A stretch of 64,000 nt of DNA from Gammaproteobacteria bacterium. GTDB taxonomy: Bacteria > Pseudomonadota > Gammaproteobacteria > SZUA-152. The DNA lies in assembly GCA_029882975.1 (NCBI GenBank), contig JAOUJW010000003.1, positions 67,090 through 131,089 of the forward strand. Direction: 5' to 3'. Of this stretch, positions 8,468 through 17,787 are shown one piece after another (the first letter of the stretch is position 1; every line of letters starts with the position of its first letter). Made by a program: the position numbers and the translations under genes. The notes below the pieces were generated by a model. It made no database searches. It was not told where the DNA came from and saw nothing but the letters and a program-made list of their open reading frames with translations.

Positions 8468-10573
8468 ATGAAACGAGTGCAGTTCCTGCTTTTAATGATG
8501 CCAATAATGTCTTTAGTAGTTATGTGCTTGCCGCTTAGCGTACTGTATGCACAAGAATCTCCTTTAGACGTGGCAGGAGGCACAGCCGGTTGGGAATGCA
8601 AATGGTGTCCTGTTACCGATGTAACAGCTCACGCAGAGATAGAGTTAGGCGCGGGGTTTGTTACGGAAGATTCTATGTATGGAGACTACACAGGGTTGGG
8701 TGATCGTGGCGGTTATGCCATCGCAGCGTTTAATACAGCAAAACCGCCGGGTGATGCCGGCTGGAGTATGTCAGTGGAAGGGCAGGACTTGACTCTGGAT
8801 AGCCGTCGCTTGCTTTTGTCCAGTGAGTCAGCGGGGGTGATGGGTGTCGCGCTTGAGTACGATCAGATTCCTCGGCAGCACAGTGCCGTGCTTACGCCGT
8901 ATCAGGGAGAGTCGCAACAGGTGTTGCCTGTAACCTGGGTGAGCGCAGCAACGACAGGCGGGATGAGTCAGCTTAACAGCAGTTTGCACGAAGTGGTAAT
9001 CGGATCAGACAGAAAAAATCTGAATATTGATGCGGTATATCATCCATCGCCACAATTGTCGTATGAATTGAGTTTTCACCAATTGCAAAAGCAAGGTATA
9101 CGCATCCAAGGCTTGGCATTGGGTAATGTGTTTGTGACAGCAAGAAGTGCTTTGCTAACAGCTCCGGTGGATCAAGAGAGTCGCAATGCTCGCTTCAATG
9201 TGGCCCTACAGCAATCGCGCTTACAGACCTCGTTTTCTCTGGAGGTATCGGAATTTACCAATGCAGTGAAGGCCTTGCGCTGGGAAAACGCTTTTTCCGA
9301 ACCTGTTGGGGTCAGTCAAGGTCAGGCTGGCGCGGAACCCGGTAACGATATGCAACGTCTATCAGCGCAAGCCAGTTACATCGTCAGTGAACGCAGTCGC
9401 GCTTTTGCCGGACTAGCGTATGGCAGGATGGGACAGGATGAGTCCTTCCTGCCCTATACAGTGAATGTGGCTTTGACCCCCTCGGCTTTGCCGCGTAATT
9501 CCCTGAGAGGGGAGATTTTCACCTTCGATTTATCGCTTGGCTTTCTCAGTGCCCTTACTGAGCGCCTGCAATTGCAGGCAAGCTATATTCAGCAGGAACA
9601 GGATAATAATACAGACAGAGCCACATATACCTATGTTTCTGCGGATACCGCTATTAGCGGAGATCGGGCCAATTTTCCCTATAGTTTTCGTAAACGTCTG
9701 TTGCAAACTCAAGGCCGCTACAAATTCTCAGCTCTTCATCGTATTACCGCAGGTTATGACTATGAGTGGAATGATCGCACTTACCAGGAAATCAGTTCCG
9801 CCAAAGAGCAGAGGTTGTGGGGTGCTTATGTTGGAGAATTACAGCAGGGAACCGGTTTGAATCTTAAATTGGAACACTTGGATCGCATGGGGGAACGCTA
9901 CAGTCCGGTGGCAGAAATTGTTCCTGCGGAGAACCCCGCGCTGCGTAAGTACAATATGGCAGACCGCATTCGGGACCGAATCAATATTTCTGTTAGTTCG
10001 AGCACTTTCAGTCAGGTTGATTTTGCTCTGCAAGTGGAAATGTCTATGGACGAATACGATCATTCTGCCGTGGGACTGTTGGATAGTAAGGAACGCAGTT
10101 ATTCCGTGAACCTGAACTGGCACTTAAGTCGGTCAGCCTCCATAACAAGTGATTATAACCACACCGTGATGCGATCCTCGCAGGCGGGTAGCCAAGCGGC
10201 GTCCTCTTGGTATGCCCAGAATGACGAGACAGTGAATACAATTGGTCTGGGCTTGCAATGGCAGTTCGAAAATCGAACCAATCTGGGATTGAGCTACGAT
10301 TATTCCCGATTTTCCGGCGAAACCCGGATCTCGGAGATTGCGAATTTTCCCCAATTACTTTCTTCACGTCATAGCCTGGCTTTACAGGGTCACTATGTAC
10401 TGGACGCCCGTAGCGGTTTAAATACGGTATTTCGCTATGAAAAATATCGTGAAGAGGATTGGGCTTTGCAGGACGTCGCCGTTGATACTTTAGATAATGT
10501 GTTGTCTGTGGGTGAAGGGAATCCGGATTATCGAGTTTGGGTGGTGGCATTAAGTTATAACATGCGTTTTTAA
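8468..10573 (+). CDS. mtrB: MtrB/PioB/MtoB-family outer-membrane beta-barrel porin
   Basis: Directly follows the decaheme gene; N-terminal WECKWCP; ENPALRKYNMADR motif; terminal Phe. Confidence 0.9.
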   Translation: MKRVQFLLLMMPIMSLVVMCLPLSVLYAQESPLDVAGGTAGWECKWCPVTDVTAHAEIELGAGFVTEDSMYGDYTGLGDRGGYAIAAFNTAKPPGDAGWSMSVEGQDLTLDSRRLLLSSESAGVMGVALEYDQIPRQHSAVLTPYQGESQQVLPVTWVSAATTGGMSQLNSSLHEVVIGSDRKNLNIDAVYHPSPQLSYELSFHQLQKQGIRIQGLALGNVFVTARSALLTAPVDQESRNARFNVALQQSRLQTSFSLEVSEFTNAVKALRWENAFSEPVGVSQGQAGAEPGNDMQRLSAQASYIVSERSRAFAGLAYGRMGQDESFLPYTVNVALTPSALPRNSLRGEIFTFDLSLGFLSALTERLQLQASYIQQEQDNNTDRATYTYVSADTAISGDRANFPYSFRKRLLQTQGRYKFSALHRITAGYDYEWNDRTYQEISSAKEQRLWGAYVGELQQGTGLNLKLEHLDRMGERYSPVAEIVPAENPALRKYNMADRIRDRINISVSSSTFSQVDFALQVEMSMDEYDHSAVGLLDSKERSYSVNLNWHLSRSASITSDYNHTVMRSSQAGSQAASSWYAQNDETVNTIGLGLQWQFENRTNLGLSYDYSRFSGETRISEIANFPQLLSSRHSLALQGHYVLDARSGLNTVFRYEKYREEDWALQDVAVDTLDNVLSVGEGNPDYRVWVVALSYNMRF

Positions 10574-11175
10574 TGGAGGCGGTGATGCGGGCACAATTGT
10601 TAGTGAAAAGTTTGTTGGTTGCCTGTATCAGTCTGGGGCCAGGAATATTACCGGCGCAGACTGATCCGCCGGCATCACAGTGTGCAATGTGCCATGGCGT
10701 TGATGGAAACAGTCCCAGTGCGTCGGCCCCTTCGATTGCCGGTATTACCCCGTACTACTTTAAATACACCATGGACGCGTACAAAAACGGTGGACGCAAC
10801 TCAGACATTATGAAAATGTTTGCGGGGCAGTTATCCGCAGCCGATATAGAACAGTTGGCACTATTTTACAGCGGGCAAAAACCTCTGGCACGTCAGCAGG
10901 CCATGGATTCAAACAAGGCGGCGCAAGGGCAAGGTCTGCATCAGCGTTATTGTGAAAAATGCCATAGCAACAATGGTGGTGTGAGCATCGATGGTTACGG
11001 AGTCCTGGCGGGGCAATGGACAGATTATTTGCGTCTGACTCTCCAAGAGTACCTTGCCGGAAAAAGACGTACTAATGCTATGATGCTGACCAAGCTACGG
11101 AAAATGCAAAGGCTTGAAGGGGAAGGTGCGCTGGAACGGTTGATTCAATTTTATGCCGGGGCACAACCGGATTAG
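10573..11175 (+). CDS. Periplasmic diheme cytochrome c4/c553
   Basis: Signal peptide; CAMCH and CEKCH; P.IAG and LAGQ motifs with distal Met residues. Start overlaps the mtrB stop (alternative ATG at 10585). Confidence 0.85.
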   Translation: MEAVMRAQLLVKSLLVACISLGPGILPAQTDPPASQCAMCHGVDGNSPSASAPSIAGITPYYFKYTMDAYKNGGRNSDIMKMFAGQLSAADIEQLALFYSGQKPLARQQAMDSNKAAQGQGLHQRYCEKCHSNNGGVSIDGYGVLAGQWTDYLRLTLQEYLAGKRRTNAMMLTKLRKMQRLEGEGALERLIQFYAGAQPD

Positions 11176-11990
11176 GGAGTGACCCCCATTGCCATTTGTG
11201 CGGCCAATGAAGTGCCGTCCAAGTAGCTGCTACTGTGCATGCGGGAGTCTATCTCGCCCGTTACTTTTGCACTGATTCGCAACGTGGCGGTGCATTCGGC
11301 TTGGTCGCCAATAAAGTTAAGCGCTCCCGGCGGGATGGATAGCTGGTTACTGTTGTGAACGAATGTACTGTATTGAATGCAGGTACCGGATATACTGAGG
11401 AAATACGTGTCGGCCGTAGAGTCCCAACTGACATCAATGGTGTCATTGGCTACAGAAAACACCTGGCCGGAGGCGGGGCTGCTAATAACAGGGGTTGCCG
11501 GTATTGTGATATTCGCGGCCAAATTGTTGCCATTGGCTCGATGCAAGGTAATGGTATATTGGATTTCGCCGCTTTGATTACTGATCCATTGTGTGTCGTA
11601 CCGTGATGATCCAAATAAATATGTGTCTCTATATAAGCTCTGTTGGATGACGCCGTCAGACGCAATCAAGCTTTCGTTAGCACTTAAGTCCACATATCCG
11701 GTTTCATCAGGTTCACGATCGACTTTTAACAGGAGCCAATTCATCTCGTTTTTACCTTTCTTCCGATAGCGTAAATCGGCATCGAGACTAATGAGTAAAG
11801 GGGAAGCACCCGGGGTTTCATGGCGTGATGAAATAGAATACTCGGCGATGATTTCATGATCCTTCAGCGATTCAGAGGATTGGGTGTTAACATCGCAGCC
11901 GCAGAGTGCCAGTAAAGAGAGCAGGCCGAGGTGGAGACATATTTTCCCCCGGTAATCAAAAAAAACGGAAATGGGATGCCTATTGCTCAT
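11172..11990 (-). CDS. Hypothetical lipoprotein
   Basis: 272 aa ORF with an LCGC lipobox and beta-rich composition. Confidence 0.6.
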   Translation of the reverse strand: MSNRHPISVFFDYRGKICLHLGLLSLLALCGCDVNTQSSESLKDHEIIAEYSISSRHETPGASPLLISLDADLRYRKKGKNEMNWLLLKVDREPDETGYVDLSANESLIASDGVIQQSLYRDTYLFGSSRYDTQWISNQSGEIQYTITLHRANGNNLAANITIPATPVISSPASGQVFSVANDTIDVSWDSTADTYFLSISGTCIQYSTFVHNSNQLSIPPGALNFIGDQAECTATLRISAKVTGEIDSRMHSSSYLDGTSLAAQMAMGVTP

Positions 11991-12074
11991 GGGACAACCG
12001 TTGACGTCTTCAGCGCCTCAGTGGAATTGTATGGGCACTATAGCACATTCTTATCTTGTTCGCGTGGTTATAAT

Positions 12075-12794
12075 TTAAGCAATTTCGGCGTTATGATAAA
12101 TATCCTGGACGTCATCGCAATCGTTAAGCAGGTCCATGAATTTCTCAAAAACAGACGCATCCTCCTGGCTCAGCGCCGTGGTATTCTGGGGGATAAAGCT
12201 GATTTCCTCTACATCCAGTTCGACGTCGGGCAGGGCTTGGGCCAGGGCAGTTTTAGCTTTATAAAACTCTGAGGCGGGTGTTAGAACAGTAATGACACCG
12301 GCGTCACTTTCAATATCACTCACGTCAACGTCTGCCTCCATGAGAGCATCGAGGATGGCTTCCTCGTCACTACCTTTAAATTCAAAAATGGCTCGATGAT
12401 CAAATAAATGTGCTACCGCTCCGGGAGAGCCGATTTTGGACTTGGTTTTGGTGAAGCAATGCCGTACTTCGCCAAAGGTGCGGTTATTATTATCGGTGAG
12501 GCAATCGACAATGACCATGCAGCCGCCGGGCCCAAAGCCCTCGAATCGCACGGTAACAAAATCCTCGCCACCGCCGCCCTTGGCTTTATCCAACGCTTTT
12601 TCAATGACATGGGCCGGGACTTGGTCTTTTTTGGCTTTGTCTATCAAGCGTCGTAAAGTCAAATTACCATCCGGGTCGATGCCGCCGTTTTTTGCACACA
12701 CATAGATTTCTTTACCGTATTTGGAATAGACCTTGGCTTTGGCATCTGACGTTTTGGCGATTGATGCTTTACGGTTTTGATAGGCTCTGCCCAT
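12075..12794 (-). CDS. YebC/PmpR family protein (YeeN-like)
   Basis: MGRAY N-terminus, [15 protein letters not shown] and DDVQDIYHN motifs. Confidence 0.92.
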   Translation of the reverse strand: MGRAYQNRKASIAKTSDAKAKVYSKYGKEIYVCAKNGGIDPDGNLTLRRLIDKAKKDQVPAHVIEKALDKAKGGGGEDFVTVRFEGFGPGGCMVIVDCLTDNNNRTFGEVRHCFTKTKSKIGSPGAVAHLFDHRAIFEFKGSDEEAILDALMEADVDVSDIESDAGVITVLTPASEFYKAKTALAQALPDVELDVEEISFIPQNTTALSQEDASVFEKFMDLLNDCDDVQDIYHNAEIA

Positions 12795-13070
12795 GTATTG
12801 ACCTCATTAAGGTGGAAAAATTTTTTGGCTATTTTACTGGAAATGAATACCCCAAATCCATGTTTGGGCGGTGTTGGTTGGCAGGGATTGAATTGTAAGT
12901 TTTGTGACTGATACCTCACTACCGGGGGTGCCGAAAACTTGCCTTGCGACGACATAATGTTAATTGTTTCTGACGGGAATAACCATACAATATTAGTGGA
13001 AAATAGTCAACGCTTTGATGTTAAAAAGATTTCCAGAATGTAAATTCTAATCACGCAAGGAATCGATGTT

Positions 13071-13098
13071 TAAAGATCTGTAACAATTAAGCCGATAT
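13071..13098 (+). promoter_or_regulatory. Candidate sigma28 (FliA) promoter
   Basis: TAAA-N16-GCCGATAT upstream of the diguanylate cyclase gene; spacer is 1 nt longer than consensus. Confidence 0.45.
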
Positions 13099-13140
13099 AA
13101 ATGTATCAGCTAATGACACAGTTTTTCTAGGAAGAATATC

Positions 13141-14190
13141 ATGCCGCAAATTCATCGTTACTCGGTTAAGAGTCTGTTTTTGACTGGATTGTTTTGTGCC
13201 GTATTTGCCATCACCGCAATTACGATCACTGCATTCAGTTCCTTGTATTGGATTACTTCCAGTGCCAATACTTTGGTTGAGCAGTCCATACAGCAAACCA
13301 GTCGTTTGGTGGAGCTGTCTGCGGCGTTGCCGGATGTTTCCTCAGAGTTTCAAACTCACCAGAAAAAGATGCAGAAATCCATCGATGTGGCGTCAGAAAA
13401 ACTTATGCATGACAAATTTGATGTGTTAATGCTGCTGTCTGTAGTCGCCATTATTTCCTTGATGCTTATGGCTGCCGGGATTGGTATTTTGTCTAAAGTG
13501 ATTTTTCCTTCGATTTCTCAGTTTCTTAATGCTGTTGAAGAATACAATGCCGGGGAACTGTCCTATCGGTTGGCTCATGAACAAATGCCCAAAGAACTGC
13601 AAAATGTGGCCACCGGATTCAATACTATGGCCCATCAGTTGGAACAATCCTATGCCAAGCTGGCTTACCATGCTACCAACGATGAGTTGACCGGGGTATA
13701 CAATAGGCGCAAGTTCATCATGGACTTAGAGCGGGAAGTCAAACGGGCTAAGCGTTACAGCCGCGGAGTATCGTTGATGTTGATTGATATGGATGATTTT
13801 TCTTCCGTCAACGACAAACACGGCCATGAGTCCGGCGACAAAGTATTATGTAAGACTGTGGATTTCATCTACAAAAGCATTCGGGATTCCGACAGCCTGT
13901 ATCGATATGGTAGTGAGGAGTTTGCTGTCATTTTGGTGGAGATTTCAGATCAGGATACCGGCATTGTGGGCGAGCGAATTCGCGAAAGTATTTGCGAATA
14001 TCCTATCGCCTTGCCGGGTGGAATCAATGTGGAGACCAGCGTCAGTATTGGAATTGCGAACTTTCCGTCCCATTCCGATAACGAAATCAATTTGATTCAT
14101 GCGGCTGACGAAGCCTTGTACCGGGCCAAATCGCAAGGAAAAAACCAAGTGGTACATACCAACGAAATGGTTCGCGCGAAAGCGGGCTAA
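13141..14190 (+). CDS. Membrane HAMP-GGDEF diguanylate cyclase-like protein (GSEEF variant)
   Basis: Two TM segments, HAMP, DELTGVYNRR, RDSD I-site and RYGSEEF. Confidence 0.88.
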   Translation: MPQIHRYSVKSLFLTGLFCAVFAITAITITAFSSLYWITSSANTLVEQSIQQTSRLVELSAALPDVSSEFQTHQKKMQKSIDVASEKLMHDKFDVLMLLSVVAIISLMLMAAGIGILSKVIFPSISQFLNAVEEYNAGELSYRLAHEQMPKELQNVATGFNTMAHQLEQSYAKLAYHATNDELTGVYNRRKFIMDLEREVKRAKRYSRGVSLMLIDMDDFSSVNDKHGHESGDKVLCKTVDFIYKSIRDSDSLYRYGSEEFAVILVEISDQDTGIVGERIRESICEYPIALPGGINVETSVSIGIANFPSHSDNEINLIHAADEALYRAKSQGKNQVVHTNEMVRAKAG

Positions 14191-14236
14191 GTGAACCCCC
14201 TGATGTTCCCGCGTTAGTAGCGGCGCGGGGCTTTTT

Positions 14237-14263
14237 AATCCGGCTTATGGCCGGATTTTTCTT
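14237..14263 (+). terminator. Rho-independent terminator
   Basis: AATCCGGC-ttatg-GCCGGATT followed by a T-rich tract. Confidence 0.55.
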
Positions 14264-14421
14264 GTCCAGCGGATTGTATCCTCCGTTCACTCCCGGTCAT
14301 CAGCTCTTCAAATCCAATTCATGGGCGCGGTTGCGTTTCTTAGTTTAGCCGGTGTATTGGACATGTGCCGTGAATAAGGTAAGCTCAAGTATCAACCGGA
14401 CGGCTTTATGCGAGGTGACAA

Positions 14422-15228
14422 ATGAGTACTCCAGCAATTCATACCGCACCAGAGCGGGTGTTGTATCTTGCTCAGGGTTCGGAATGTGAGGTCATGCGTT
14501 CGGCCTATGAGCGCCAATTGCCTTTGCTCATCAAAGGGCCTACCGGTTGCGGTAAAACCCGATTCGTACGTCATATGGCTGCGCAACTGGGGCGTCCCTT
14601 ATACACGGTTTCTTGTCATGACGAGTTATCGGCCGCAGATTTGGTGGGGCGGTTTTTAATTCGAGGTGAGGAAACCGTGTGGCAGGATGGGCCTTTGACC
14701 CAGGCGGTGCGTGAAGGGGCTATTTGTTATCTGGATGAAGTGGTGGAAGCCCGCAAGGATACCACGGTGATTTTGCATCCCCTGACTGATGACCGGCGCG
14801 AGTTGCCTCTGGAGAAAACCGCAGAATTGGTCAAGGCGCCGGCAGAATTCATGCTGGTGATCTCCTATAATCCAGGTTACCAGAACATGTTTAAAAACTT
14901 AAAACCGAGCACTCGCCAGCGGTTTGTTGCTCTGACGTTTCAGTTTCCCAAGCCGGAATTAGAGCTGGCTATTCTGCAACAAGAAACGGGAATCAATGAA
15001 TCCATGGCAAAAAAATTGGTGGAGTTGGGTGGTAACCTGCGTGCGTTGCAGGGACACGACCTGGAGGAGGTGCCCTCAACTCGCTTATTGGTGCATGCGG
15101 CTATGCTCATTATGAACGGCCTCAATCCGGCTGAATCCTGTCGTGTGGCAGTGGTGGAAGCATTAACGGACGATCCTTTGATTCAGGAAGGGCTATGGGA
15201 AATTGTGCAATCCATCGTGGTTTCGTGA
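14422..15228 (+). CDS. norQ: NorQ/NirQ/CbbQ-family MoxR AAA+ ATPase
   Basis: GPTGCGKT Walker A; YLDEVVEARKD; HPLTDDRR; SYNPGYQ; KPSTRQRF. Confidence 0.85.
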   Translation: MSTPAIHTAPERVLYLAQGSECEVMRSAYERQLPLLIKGPTGCGKTRFVRHMAAQLGRPLYTVSCHDELSAADLVGRFLIRGEETVWQDGPLTQAVREGAICYLDEVVEARKDTTVILHPLTDDRRELPLEKTAELVKAPAEFMLVISYNPGYQNMFKNLKPSTRQRFVALTFQFPKPELELAILQQETGINESMAKKLVELGGNLRALQGHDLEEVPSTRLLVHAAMLIMNGLNPAESCRVAVVEALTDDPLIQEGLWEIVQSIVVS

Positions 15229-15261
15229 GTCCGAATTCCATTGTGTGTATCACACTAACTC

Positions 15262-17004
15262 ATGCAAAGTGAACTGCTTCATTACCTCCCGCTTCGTTAC
15301 GCTCTAGGGTTGCAGGCTGAGCCGCAATATCCCCAAGCGGTGGTGAAGCTGGAACACATCGAAAAAAGCTTGAATATCTACTTGCATGCACTAACCCGTT
15401 CCTGCGAGATCAAACTGGAACCGGCTCCGGCGCTTAGGATGCTACAACGCTATTCCTTGCATCGCCATGCCCATTCGCTGGTGCGTCAGGAAAGTGGTAT
15501 TGCTCGCTTACCCCAACAGATTCAAAGATTTGAACAAAAAGAATTAAACCGAGATTTGTATTTTTGGCTCACGGCATATCTTGCTTTTGACCAACCGTTA
15601 CCGAGCCCGGATTCAGAGGCCGCTCACTTGCCGGAAGCTTTGGGGCACATATTGCAAGGCGTTATGACCAGTGCCAGGGTGTTACAGGCTTGTCCGGGGC
15701 TGGCGCCACGGTATCAGCGCTTATGTCGAGCCTGTTTGTTGGAGCGGGATCGTATTACCGTATTACACAGGTGCAAATCCGCTCGGGACGTGGATATGGA
15801 GGGGGCTATACGTAAAGCCCTGGGCGATGATTCCGTAGAGGTGTCGCGTTGGCTGCATCATGCCTTGGACGCCGCAGGGGTCGGGGTGCTGTTACCTAAT
15901 CCTCCAAAGCAATGGTTAGAGCCATCCTTGGCATACTGGCCTGCTCCGGTATGGGGGCGTCCGCTTCAAAAAGCGGCGGCGCTGGAATTGGGTTCGTTTG
16001 ATATGATTGATGAAGACTTGATCGAGGTTAAACCCGAATCGAAAAAAGCCGTTGATGAGTTGGATTTGTCCGAGTACCTGGAAGCACCGGATGATGTGAC
16101 CGGTGAGGAACTCAGTGGTAATTTTTTATACCCGGAGTGGAATTGCAAAACGGAATCCTATCGGGAAAATTGGTGTCGTGTGATCGAGGAAGAGCAGGAG
16201 CGCGATGATTGGGTGGAACCGCCGCCTCATTTAGGCAAACTGTCCCGCCGGGTGCGACGCCAGTTTGAAGCCTTGCGTACCGATGACCGTTGGTTGCGTC
16301 GTGTAACCGATGGTGAAGAAGTGGATATGGATGATTTTATTGATGCCGTGTCACAGCGACGGGGTTGTGGCTATGCCAGTGAGCGCTTATATCGCCATCG
16401 TAAGCGCGATGATCGGGAGTTGGCAGTGATGGTGTTATTGGATGTTTCCAAATCCACTCAATCCATGTTAGATGGAGCCCGGGTCATTGATGTGGAGCGT
16501 CAAGCAATGATTGTAATGGCCGAAGCGCTGGCCGAGGTGGGTGATACGTTTTCCATTTATGCTTTTTCCGGATATGGGCGGGTACAGGTCGATTGTTTGC
16601 GCGTCAAAGCGTTTGATGAAAGTTACGGCGCAGCGGTGCGCGAACGTATTTTTTCTCTCACGCCCCGAGGTTCCACCCGTCTCGGAGCCGCTTTACGGCA
16701 CATGGCAAAGCGGTTACGAACCCGGCAGGAACGCCATAAACTTTTGTTGATGTTAACCGATGGTCGGCCTTACGATCCGGCAGATCACTATAAAGGTCTA
16801 TATGCTTTGGAGGATACACGCAAAGCCCTGCAGGAGATGCAAACGGAGGGTATATACGCTTACGGGTTAACTATAGATCAGTCCGGATTGGAGTACCTGC
16901 CTTACTTATTTGGGCCGGGGAGATATACCGTATTCAGTAACGTGCTCACGCTACCGGAATTTTTACCGAAGTTATATGCCAGGCTAACCGGTCTGGGTGT
17001 TTAA
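15262..17004 (+). CDS. norD: NorD/CbbO-family von Willebrand factor A adaptor
   Basis: YPEWN motif, MIDAS DVSKS, TRLGAALRH and LTDGRP; lies downstream of the norQ-like gene. Confidence 0.82.
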   Translation: MQSELLHYLPLRYALGLQAEPQYPQAVVKLEHIEKSLNIYLHALTRSCEIKLEPAPALRMLQRYSLHRHAHSLVRQESGIARLPQQIQRFEQKELNRDLYFWLTAYLAFDQPLPSPDSEAAHLPEALGHILQGVMTSARVLQACPGLAPRYQRLCRACLLERDRITVLHRCKSARDVDMEGAIRKALGDDSVEVSRWLHHALDAAGVGVLLPNPPKQWLEPSLAYWPAPVWGRPLQKAAALELGSFDMIDEDLIEVKPESKKAVDELDLSEYLEAPDDVTGEELSGNFLYPEWNCKTESYRENWCRVIEEEQERDDWVEPPPHLGKLSRRVRRQFEALRTDDRWLRRVTDGEEVDMDDFIDAVSQRRGCGYASERLYRHRKRDDRELAVMVLLDVSKSTQSMLDGARVIDVERQAMIVMAEALAEVGDTFSIYAFSGYGRVQVDCLRVKAFDESYGAAVRERIFSLTPRGSTRLGAALRHMAKRLRTRQERHKLLLMLTDGRPYDPADHYKGLYALEDTRKALQEMQTEGIYAYGLTIDQSGLEYLPYLFGPGRYTVFSNVLTLPEFLPKLYARLTGLGV

Positions 17005-17106
17005 AGATGGTTTTGCATTGGATGTGCTACACTTTTTTGGAAGTCCGTTTTTTTTAGTGAGTATCAAAGATTCCTTCCTTTAACAGCAGTGTTCCGGTCG
17101 GTGGTT

Positions 17107-17736
17107 ATGATTAAATTTATCAGTAAAAATATGATAACCGGTTTGGTGGCAGTTTTGCCGGTGGTGTTAACCTTCTATTTGTTATATTGGATGGCGGTGT
17201 CCGCAGAAACCATTTTAGGTAATCTAATCCGCTTGGCACTTCCCAAAGAATACTATTGGCCGGGTATGGGCTTGGCGACCGGGTTGCTGGCAGTATTCTT
17301 GTTAGGGATGTTAATGCATGTGTACGTGATTCGGCGCTTGTTCTTAAAGGGAGAGCAACTGTTTTACCATATGCCGCTGATAAAGTCCGTTTATCGGTCC
17401 ATGCGGGATTTCTTTAATTACTTTTCCCCATCGCAAAAGAAAGGTTTTGCCAAAGTGGTTGCTGTGACCTTGGGGGAAATGCAGTTAATTGGATTTGTGA
17501 CGCAGGATAACTACCAGAGGATGCCTGAGAATTTTCGCCGGGAAGGCAGTGTGTTGGTTTATTTACCATTAAGCTATATGATTGGGGGTTATGCCGTACT
17601 GGTGCCTCGAACGGCAGTTCGGCCGGTGGATATGAGTGTAGAAGAGGCGATGCGTTTTACATTAACGGCAGGGGTCGCAGGCAGCCGTAAAGAAGCCGGC
17701 GATTCGAAAAAGAAAGCGGAGGGAGGGAAAACGTAG
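17107..17736 (+). CDS. DUF502 membrane protein
   Basis: TGL..VLP..LT N-terminus, two TM segments, P.IKSVY, VYLP.SY and M.VEEAM motifs. Confidence 0.8.
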   Translation: MIKFISKNMITGLVAVLPVVLTFYLLYWMAVSAETILGNLIRLALPKEYYWPGMGLATGLLAVFLLGMLMHVYVIRRLFLKGEQLFYHMPLIKSVYRSMRDFFNYFSPSQKKGFAKVVAVTLGEMQLIGFVTQDNYQRMPENFRREGSVLVYLPLSYMIGGYAVLVPRTAVRPVDMSVEEAMRFTLTAGVAGSRKEAGDSKKKAEGGKT

Positions 17737-17787
17737 GAGAGGTTGTGAGGCAACAACCCTCCCTCCACTAAAGGGCTTTCCCAGTGC

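Noticed and set aside
14422..17004. Calling the pair cbbQ/cbbO
   Set aside because: No RubisCO genes nearby, and the motifs (ARKD, TDDRR) look closer to NorQ/NirQ. Not fully excluded.
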